Positions 1 to 6,285 of a stretch of DNA of 46,932 bases are shown here, piece after piece. The notes beneath the pieces were generated by a model. That model was not told where the DNA came from. It worked only from the letters and a program-made list of their open reading frames with translations, and did not search any database. Numbering within the stretch: position 1 is the first letter of the stretch; each line of letters opens with the position of its first letter. Made by a program: the position numbers and the translations under genes. This DNA is from a virus (Duplodnaviria; Caudoviricetes), in IMG/VR virus record IMGVR_UViG_3300044513_002891, positions 1-46,932 of that record, one strand, 5' to 3'.

Positions 1-68
1 ACGAGGTACTGGAAGTACATCCTCCAAGACCGAAAGGTTTAGGTAGAGATCCAGACCTGTACGATTAA
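1..68 (+). CDS. 3' end of a hypothetical protein, truncated by the window edge (...EVLEVHPPRPKGLGRDPDLYD*)
   Basis: Open frame from position 3 to TAA at 66-68, three bases before the next ATG at 72. Confidence 0.55.
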   Translation, partial: EVLEVHPPRPKGLGRDPDLYD

Positions 69-71
69 TCT

Positions 72-266
72 ATGAATAAAAAAGAAGTAGTTGAATTAGA
101 GTCGGCGTTTCTAAAATTTATGGAACAAGCAGAAGAATTAGGATTTTACTTTACACGTGATAGTGAAATAACTGCCAAACATAATACAGGTACTGAGAAT
201 CAGATTAATACCGAAGTCAAACTCCGACCTAACGAATATCTAAAAGAACATAACAGTAAGTTTTAG
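72..266 (+). CDS. small hypothetical protein (64 aa)
   Basis: ORF track; closely follows the upstream ORF, codon usage like the rest of the window, hairpin just after the stop. Confidence 0.6.
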   Translation: MNKKEVVELESAFLKFMEQAEELGFYFTRDSEITAKHNTGTENQINTEVKLRPNEYLKEHNSKF

Positions 267-273
267 TATTAGT

Positions 274-300
274 AGATGTGCTAAAGCACATCTTGTTTTC
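274..300 (+). terminator. hairpin AGATGTGC-TAAA-GCACATCT followed by TGTTTT; possible intrinsic terminator or ssDNA hairpin
   Basis: Perfect 8-bp inverted repeat at 274-281/286-293 just after the stop at 266, with T-rich sequence downstream. Confidence 0.5.
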
Positions 301-343
301 GCTATCGCTCAAACACTATTTTTTTCTTTATTTGTTTAAGATT

Positions 344-358
344 AATTGCGAAGCAATT
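344..358 (+). other. AATTGC-GAA-GCAATT hairpin containing the GCGAAGC mini-hairpin core
   Basis: Perfect 6-bp stem with a GAA loop; d(GCGAAGC) is an established, unusually stable DNA mini-hairpin. Confidence 0.55.
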
Positions 359-359
359 T

Positions 360-712
360 AGCATCATGTAGATAGTTGAGCCACAATTCGCCCGTTGCCG
401 GACGAATTGAGTAATTTGGGCCATCATGTGAGTTAGCCTTCACCACATTGTTAAAGAAGATTACATATAATATGTACAGAGGCGGTAGATCGTCAACCCC
501 TTACTTCAGCATTCGCAGTATCCACGGACGGCAGTTGTTCCTTAACAGTGCAAAAACACTTGCCGCGTATGTTGTATCTTTTTCACAGAGCATACATCTT
601 TTATGCCTTTAGTTAGCATTATCCTTGTAACACACCAGTATCTGAATATGGTATCTCACATATCCTCAAGGTGAGTCGAGCATCCTCGACCAAACAGCGT
701 TACTATGTCTTG
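360..712 (-). ncRNA. candidate large structured non-coding RNA, family not recognised, directly downstream of the GIY-YIG gene
   Basis: No ORF in the track and visibly more GC-rich than its flanks. Stems at 384-409 (CAATTCGTCCG-GCAA-CGGGCGAATTG on the minus strand, GNRA loop), 675-690, 627-633/697-703, 529-533/561-565, 547-560 and 462-476. The non-Watson-Crick positions read as G-U only on the minus strand. Confidence 0.65.
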
Positions 713-713
713 C

Positions 714-1139
714 CTATTTTATTTTTTTCAACGCTTCTTTCAAGACTTTCGAACTTCCAACACGCACATTAATAATGCCGTTATAGTATTCATCAGTTTC
801 TAAGACACGTCTATCGAATTGTTCTTTGGCTTCAAGATAACTTAATACGCCTTTGCTTTCACAGTAATATAAAATTTCTCTCGTGAACTTTTCTGGGCCT
901 AATTTTTCTACATCTTCAAGTAAATGATCGGAACTACCCCAATAGTCTCTCCAATCAGATTCTACTTTGCTTCTGCGTTTGTTCTTTTTGCCTTTAAGTG
1001 GTGGGCGGGTTTTCTTGAATTTTGCGAGTTTTTTGCCTACATACTTACGATTGTTAGTTAAATTGGTTATGAGGTAGACAAAGCCTTCTATGCCTTCTGG
1101 GATTTCTGTTACTTCTTGTCCTTGATAAGTCCATTGCAT
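714..1139 (-). CDS. stand-alone GIY-YIG family endonuclease (141 aa)
   Basis: GFVYLITN...KYVGKK matches the GIY-YIG motif; also YWGSS, the catalytic-type Glu in YLEAKEQ and YYN. No C-terminal HTH or Zn DNA-binding domain is apparent. Confidence 0.8.
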   Translation of the reverse strand: MQWTYQGQEVTEIPEGIEGFVYLITNLTNNRKYVGKKLAKFKKTRPPLKGKKNKRRSKVESDWRDYWGSSDHLLEDVEKLGPEKFTREILYYCESKGVLSYLEAKEQFDRRVLETDEYYNGIINVRVGSSKVLKEALKKIK

Positions 1140-1144
1140 ATGGA

Positions 1145-1150
1145 TACTTA
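1145..1150 (-). promoter_or_regulatory. late promoter-like TAAGTA, 5 nt upstream of the GIY-YIG ATG
   Basis: Minus strand reads TAAGTA-TCCAT-ATG, the same geometry as TAAATA motifs elsewhere in the window. Confidence 0.5.
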
Positions 1151-1157
1151 CCCGAGC

Positions 1158-1364
1158 CTACTGTGCCTTGGTGTCTTTTTTGGCTTCGTAAATATTTTTT
1201 ACTTCGTCCATACGTATTTTAGCAAGTGTACGAATCTCTCTGAGCCATTTCCGAGTTTCTTGCATAGTGCGTACACCCTTATTGCGTTCAAAACGTTCGT
1301 TTGCTTTGAAATATTCTAAATACGCCTTAGTTAATTTGTCATGTGTGTCGTCTTGTATGCTCAT
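1158..1364 (-). CDS. small basic helical protein, possibly Hc1 (histone H1-like) family
   Basis: 68 aa, ATGA-coupled to gp46. ERFERNKGVRTMQETRKWLREIRTLAKIRMDEV resembles the Hc1-type pattern; the family call is tentative. Confidence 0.5.
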   Translation of the reverse strand: MSIQDDTHDKLTKAYLEYFKANERFERNKGVRTMQETRKWLREIRTLAKIRMDEVKNIYEAKKDTKAQ

Positions 1365-3130
1365 TCTACTATATCAATATCGTTTGCATAACTTGTAAAG
1401 CCGTTTTCTTTTACAACTCTTAGTACATTTTGGACACGACCTTGCAGTTCGTCTTTGTGCGAAATCAAATAAATGTTTTTCTTGCGTTCTCTACCCATTT
1501 TCTTAAGAATAGCCAAACTGTGTTCAACACCAGCAGTATCCATACCACTGTCAATCAACTCATCAACAAATAACAAGTTAACATTTTGATATAGGCTTTC
1601 CCATACATCGCGGAATGCAAAACTTAAACCTAAGATAAGTCTATTACGTTCACCTCTACTCAAATTATCAAAGTCTAAGTCTTGTCCTAACTGTGTAATC
1701 ATTACTGATAAATCGTTTTGGAACACAACAGTATGTGGCAATCCAATTTTATCTAAGTAATATGTTAGCCTATTGTTTAGATATGCAAGATTCTGTTCAA
1801 TAATCTTTTTACGAATGAACGAATCTTTATTTGTTAAAAGTTTATACAAGAAGTTTTGATGTTCTTGCATTGTTGTAAGTTCGTTTACTATATCCCAACT
1901 AACTTCTTGGATAGCAGTTTTTTCAAGTTCTTCAATTTGATCAACATATGGATCAGTTTCGGTTTCTCTCGCCTTCAGTGCTTGTTTTAGATTGTCAACA
2001 TTGTTTCGGTGATCATATGCTTCTTTGGCTGTTTCATAAAATGTGTTAGGCTTTCCGTCTAAGTCACCTATCTCAGCCAACTTACCTTGTACTTTTTCAA
2101 ACTTGGTATTAATCTCCATTAAGTATGTCATAGTTTCGCCATACTCTTCTTGAAGTTTAGTTTCAATCTCGTGTTTCTTTTCTTCGTGTAGGTCTTGACC
2201 ACAAGCATGACACTTGGCATCGTTAAGACCTTCTAAGTCTTTTGCAAGTCTACTAATTTGTTTGTCTGTTTGACTTAAAGCACTTTCAAGTGTTGCACGT
2301 TCTTTTTCAAGATTAGTTTTGTGCTTGTTGTTTTCTTCCCACTTAGACAGTAGTTCGTGATTAGCAAGTTCTTTTTCAATGTCTAAATGTTCTAATTCGT
2401 CAATACCAGTTTGTAAACGATCACAATCTTTAGCATTTTGTTGTCGCCATGCACCTGATTTAATTTTTAAACTTTCAATAGTTTCTGCAACCTTTGAGTT
2501 TGCAGTTTGAATAGCATTTATTTTTGCAGTTTCTTCTGTAATGCCATCTCGAACTTCCTTTTGTTTTACTTTTAGTTGTTCTGCTTTTTCAGAAAGTATA
2601 GTAATACCTAACAACTGTTCAATGATTGCACGTTGATCGTTGGGTTTTAAACTTAAAAATGGTTCTGTGTAAGTGTTTAGTGCAACAAGGTGCTTAAACA
2701 TTTCGTGACTCATTTGTAATAAGTCATCAATTTCTTTTTGTGTTTCTCTTGAGTCACCTTGTGACTCGTCTGTTATTTCTTTTTCTTCTTCATCAATAAA
2801 AAACTTTAGTACATTAGGACCACGGCCTCGTTCAACTCTATATTTTGTACCGTTTTTTTCAAAGTTAAGTGTAACCAACATACCTTTGCCGTTGGTTTTG
2901 TTAATTAAGTTGTTTTTTCTAATGTTAGTTAATGCTTGTCCGTATAATGCATAAGAAAGGGCATTAATGATAGTGGTCTTACCAGTTCCGTTTCGGGAGC
3001 CACTATCATCGCCTCCTTGATCAAGATTTTCACCTAATACAAGTGTTAGTTGTCTATTGCTGAAATCTACAGCCTGCGTTTGATTGCCAACGCTCATAAA
3101 GTTTTTTACAGTTAGGTCTTTGATCAGCAT
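1361..3130 (-). CDS. gp46: recombination exonuclease ATPase subunit (Rad50/SbcC-like, T4 gp46)
   Basis: VKNFMSVG N-terminus, Walker A NGTGKTT, coiled coil with CHAC zinc hook, LSRGE signature, Walker B LLFVDE, ISH H-loop. Confidence 0.95.
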   Translation of the reverse strand: MLIKDLTVKNFMSVGNQTQAVDFSNRQLTLVLGENLDQGGDDSGSRNGTGKTTIINALSYALYGQALTNIRKNNLINKTNGKGMLVTLNFEKNGTKYRVERGRGPNVLKFFIDEEEKEITDESQGDSRETQKEIDDLLQMSHEMFKHLVALNTYTEPFLSLKPNDQRAIIEQLLGITILSEKAEQLKVKQKEVRDGITEETAKINAIQTANSKVAETIESLKIKSGAWRQQNAKDCDRLQTGIDELEHLDIEKELANHELLSKWEENNKHKTNLEKERATLESALSQTDKQISRLAKDLEGLNDAKCHACGQDLHEEKKHEIETKLQEEYGETMTYLMEINTKFEKVQGKLAEIGDLDGKPNTFYETAKEAYDHRNNVDNLKQALKARETETDPYVDQIEELEKTAIQEVSWDIVNELTTMQEHQNFLYKLLTNKDSFIRKKIIEQNLAYLNNRLTYYLDKIGLPHTVVFQNDLSVMITQLGQDLDFDNLSRGERNRLILGLSFAFRDVWESLYQNVNLLFVDELIDSGMDTAGVEHSLAILKKMGRERKKNIYLISHKDELQGRVQNVLRVVKENGFTSYANDIDIVE

Positions 3131-3133
3131 ATC

Positions 3134-4138
3134 TTATAACTCATTATAAATGTTTAGTAGTGTTTGTTTGTTGTAATTTTCGCTTTCAATAGCATTAATT
3201 TCTTCTGCAACAATTTGATCAACACTTTCAAACTTTGTAATATCAATGTCTGTGTTGATTTGATCGTCTTGTAAACTTGGAATCAAAGTAATTTCACGAC
3301 AGTTGTGTTGACGTTGGAATTCTTCTTTGATAAAACTTGCCTCTTCGTAACTAATATTAATGTCAAGTGTTACTCTAAGATACATTTTATCTTTCATCAG
3401 TGTATCTTTTTGATCAATTAGTTGACTTAGTTTAACTGTGCGATACTTAGGACAGTTTTCCCAATCAAGGTATTGCGGTTCACCGCCGTGTTCGAGGATC
3501 ATCATACCTCTTTTGTCGTCCCAAGCATCTGCATAGTTGTGCGGAAATGCATTACCAATGTACGTTACATTTCCTTGTGTTTGCCTTTTGTGGAAGTGTC
3601 CACTAAAGACATAGTCTTGATGTACAAAATGTTTAGATTGAAGTTCGCCTGTGTCTGGCATTTGTACCATAGCATTCATATAAAAGTTTGGCAACTCAAA
3701 ATGTCCAAACATATATTTGCTTTTAATTTTAGGAATCTTTTTCCATTCTTCACCTACAAGCCAAGGCACCATTGTACTATCACCAATTGTTGTAATCTCG
3801 TCAACAACAGTGATACCTTTAATGTGCTTTGCAAACTCTACAGATTGAATGTCTCTTTTGTCTTTATAATATAAGTCGTGGTTACCAGGAAAGTAAAAGA
3901 ACTGTTCAAAAGACTTTCCAAGTTTTTCAAGACAACGGATTGAGTAATCCATTGTAACAATATTTAAACTGTTTCGATTATGATGCCAATCACCCATAAA
4001 GATGCCGGTTTCGCATCCGTTTTCTTTGGCTGTGTTTATATACCAATCAATAAATTCTTCACAGTCTTCGTTATGTGCTTTTGAATTAGATTTTAATCCA
4101 AAGTGAATGTCTGTGAATACTGCACATTTTTTAAACAA
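3134..4138 (-). CDS. gp47: recombination endonuclease subunit (Mre11/SbcD-like, T4 gp47); TTG start
   Basis: Metallophosphoesterase motifs DIHFG, GDWHH, GNHD and GHFH; adjacent to gp46; GAGG RBS upstream. Confidence 0.95.
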   Translation of the reverse strand: MFKKCAVFTDIHFGLKSNSKAHNEDCEEFIDWYINTAKENGCETGIFMGDWHHNRNSLNIVTMDYSIRCLEKLGKSFEQFFYFPGNHDLYYKDKRDIQSVEFAKHIKGITVVDEITTIGDSTMVPWLVGEEWKKIPKIKSKYMFGHFELPNFYMNAMVQMPDTGELQSKHFVHQDYVFSGHFHKRQTQGNVTYIGNAFPHNYADAWDDKRGMMILEHGGEPQYLDWENCPKYRTVKLSQLIDQKDTLMKDKMYLRVTLDINISYEEASFIKEEFQRQHNCREITLIPSLQDDQINTDIDITKFESVDQIVAEEINAIESENYNKQTLLNIYNEL

Positions 4139-4164
4139 ATTGTAATCCTCGAACTTTCCTATAA

Positions 4165-4193
4165 AGTGTACTTGAAAACTTGAACAAAGTCAA
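4165..4193 (-). promoter_or_regulatory. sigma70-type promoter TTGACT-N17-TACACT upstream of gp47
   Basis: -35 at 4188-4193, 17-nt spacer and -10 at 4165-4170, in the gp55-gp47 gap. Confidence 0.7.
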
Positions 4194-4197
4194 CAAG

Positions 4198-5031
4198 TTA
4201 TTCTCCGTTTTGTATTTTCTTTCTTTGATCTTCTACTTGTCGTTCCCATTCGCCTTGACTTTGACGTGTAAAACTTGGAGTCATATCATTCATTTCAAGA
4301 ATGTCATCTCTTATGTTTTGATTACGTTTTTCGATGTTAATAACTCTAACAAACGAATTGGTAACTGCCGCAGTATAGTAAGCAAATGGATTTTGTGATT
4401 TAGATTCGTCAAACTGTAGTCCAATCTGTGTAAGTTGTAAGATTGCTTGTCCACGCATTTCATCATTGTAAGTATATCCACGAACGTTTCCTCTTGTTGC
4501 ATAACGATCGCATAATTTCATCCACATCCGAGCAAGTTTTTCAGTAGCATTACCGGCACGTAAGTTAAACTGTCCGTTCTCCATACCACCTTCCCAATGA
4601 CTTTTACCAACACATATTAAGTTATCTTTATCATCAAACTTATAGTGTTGAAAGGGTGGGAAATTTAATTTAACTCTACCGTCTGCTATAGTTTTTGGGT
4701 TTTTCTTACGACCTTTTTCTTCAGGAATATGATCGTATGTCATAATCCTAAAAATTAGTTCGTCTTTTGTAATCTTTTTGTAGTCGATAGCACAGTCTGC
4801 TTGTTTTACTTTTTCGCCAGCGGCTTTACGTGTTTCGTAGTCTGCACTGCTTAATCTCTTTGCTTTGTTACGTTTTGCTTCTGCGATTGTTCTAACGTTA
4901 ATTTTGTCTACGCTTAGTAAAATAATATCATATTGATTGTATTCTTGGTCCACGAAACTGCAATAACTGTTTTTTGACTTGTGAATCTCTGCTAAAAGGT
5001 CCTTGTTGTTTAGATAGTTTACTCTTTTCAC
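4198..5031 (-). CDS. gp55: late-transcription sigma factor (T4 gp55-like); GTG start
   Basis: NYLNNKDLL N-terminus, YTYNDEM, FDESKSQNPFAYYTAAVTNSFVRVINIEKR; T4-like gp55-47-46 gene order; GGAG RBS. Confidence 0.9.
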   Translation of the reverse strand: MKRVNYLNNKDLLAEIHKSKNSYCSFVDQEYNQYDIILLSVDKINVRTIAEAKRNKAKRLSSADYETRKAAGEKVKQADCAIDYKKITKDELIFRIMTYDHIPEEKGRKKNPKTIADGRVKLNFPPFQHYKFDDKDNLICVGKSHWEGGMENGQFNLRAGNATEKLARMWMKLCDRYATRGNVRGYTYNDEMRGQAILQLTQIGLQFDESKSQNPFAYYTAAVTNSFVRVINIEKRNQNIRDDILEMNDMTPSFTRQSQGEWERQVEDQRKKIQNGE

Positions 5032-5055
5032 ACTTTTTCTCCATTTATAGTCCTT

Positions 5056-5084
5056 ATTATAATATACTCTGATAATTTTGTCAA
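5056..5084 (-). promoter_or_regulatory. perfect sigma70 consensus promoter TTGACA-N17-TATAAT for gp55
   Basis: Minus strand reads TTGACA AAATTATCAGAGTATAT TATAAT. Confidence 0.85.
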
Positions 5085-5090
5085 TAAATA
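5085..5090 (+). promoter_or_regulatory. T4-type late promoter (TAAATA) for the baseplate operon
   Basis: CAATAAATACTTGTA in the divergent gap, followed by an AAGGA RBS-like element and ATG at 5116. Confidence 0.7.
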
Positions 5091-5115
5091 CTTGTAGTAA
5101 GGATTACCAAATAAT

Positions 5116-5985
5116 ATGGCAGATAACTTTTTTGATTTTAATGAATTTAAGACACCAGTAACAAGTGGTGACATAATCGACGCAACCAAATCACTTGCGG
5201 CCCAAACTGTTGATATTTTAGAACAAGGCGGCAAAGGATTTATGAAAGCAATACGTTCGAGAACAATTCCAAATGACGGGGAACCCGCACAGGTTGAACT
5301 TGCAAGTGCTTCTTGGGCACAAGATCCTAATTCAAAAGATTGGAGAGTCAAGTTAAGTGTTCCTCCGATTAAAGCATTTACAGACAGTCCTTACATTAGA
5401 CGTTTGATTGATTCTACAGGAGGCTTGTGTTTTCCATACACGCCTACTATTATTATGAGTCATCAAGCAAGTTATAACGCAATTACACCAGTACATAGTA
5501 ATTACCCTTTCTTTGCGTATCAGAATTCAAGTGTGGACGCAATGACACTTACAGGACAGTTTATTGTTCAAAACAGTTTAGAAGGTGAATATTGGGTAGC
5601 AATGTTACATTACCTACGTTCAATTACAAAAATGTTTTATGGTGCAGGATCTAATACAGGTTCTCCTCCTCCAGTTGTAAAATTAAATGGTTATGGAGAT
5701 TATGTGTTCAAAGATGTTCCTGTAATTGTAACAAACTTTACTATTGATATGCCTACAGATGTTGACTATCTTGCTGTAGATCTTGATTTTGGTTTTAATG
5801 GCGATAACACTATTAACACTGTTACATCAAACACTGATAGAGCAAGAGTTGCTTATGTTCCAGTTGAAAGTCAAGTAACTGTAACACTACAACCGATCTA
5901 TTCAAGATCAGAAGTTGAACAGTTTAGTTTAGACAAGTTTGTCAACGGCGGATACATTGGATCCGGTAAGAGAGGATTTATTTAA
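5116..5985 (+). CDS. baseplate/tail-tube initiator-like protein (gp48/gp54 position)
   Basis: First gene of the baseplate operon. FPYTP...PPPVVKL...PVIVTNFTI pattern is typical of tube-initiator folds that precede gp53/LysM genes. Confidence 0.6.
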   Translation: MADNFFDFNEFKTPVTSGDIIDATKSLAAQTVDILEQGGKGFMKAIRSRTIPNDGEPAQVELASASWAQDPNSKDWRVKLSVPPIKAFTDSPYIRRLIDSTGGLCFPYTPTIIMSHQASYNAITPVHSNYPFFAYQNSSVDAMTLTGQFIVQNSLEGEYWVAMLHYLRSITKMFYGAGSNTGSPPPVVKLNGYGDYVFKDVPVIVTNFTIDMPTDVDYLAVDLDFGFNGDNTINTVTSNTDRARVAYVPVESQVTVTLQPIYSRSEVEQFSLDKFVNGGYIGSGKRGFI

Positions 5986-6284
5986 TGGCGGCATCAAATA
6001 ATTCTCCTTGGGGGAAAACAAGACTTGTAAAAAATGAATACTTAGGTATTCTTCAAATACGTCCTGTTCCTGAAGAAGGAGATGATGTATTGTATGAAAT
6101 TCAACCACAGTATCATCAAAGACCAGATTTATTAGCCTATGATATGTACGGCACTCCTAAACTATGGTGGGTGTTTGCACAAAGAAATATGGATTTACTA
6201 AAAGATCCAGTTTATGATTTTAGATCAGGTCTTTCGATTTACGTTCCAAAGGGCAGTAAATTAAGACAGTTGTTAGGAGAGTAG
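5985..6284 (+). CDS. gp53: baseplate wedge protein gp53-like (LysM-like)
   Basis: RPDLLAYDMYGTPKLWWVFAQRN motif; TAATG coupling to the upstream gene. Confidence 0.8.
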   Translation: MAASNNSPWGKTRLVKNEYLGILQIRPVPEEGDDVLYEIQPQYHQRPDLLAYDMYGTPKLWWVFAQRNMDLLKDPVYDFRSGLSIYVPKGSKLRQLLGE

Positions 6285-6285
6285 T

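Noticed and set aside
362-438. CRISPR or other repeat-spacer array
   Set aside because: Only two short imperfect copies, and no cas-like genes in the window.
360-712. tmRNA, RNase P RNA or tRNA
   Set aside because: No T-arm/CCA end, no GAGGAAAGUCC-type RNase P signature and no cloverleaf found; GGGGTTGAC alone is insufficient.
360-1139. Group I intron containing a GIY-YIG homing endonuclease
   Set aside because: AAGACATAGT after the stop and GAGACTAT inside the ORF loosely resemble P7 elements, but the pairing is imperfect and no interrupted host gene flanks the region. An Infernal search would be needed to exclude it fully.
1116-5351. Alternative ORFs 1116-1319, 3473-3874, 4180-4398, 4311-4502 and 5028-5351
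   Set aside because: Antisense or out-of-frame shadows of well-supported genes, with no motifs or RBS.
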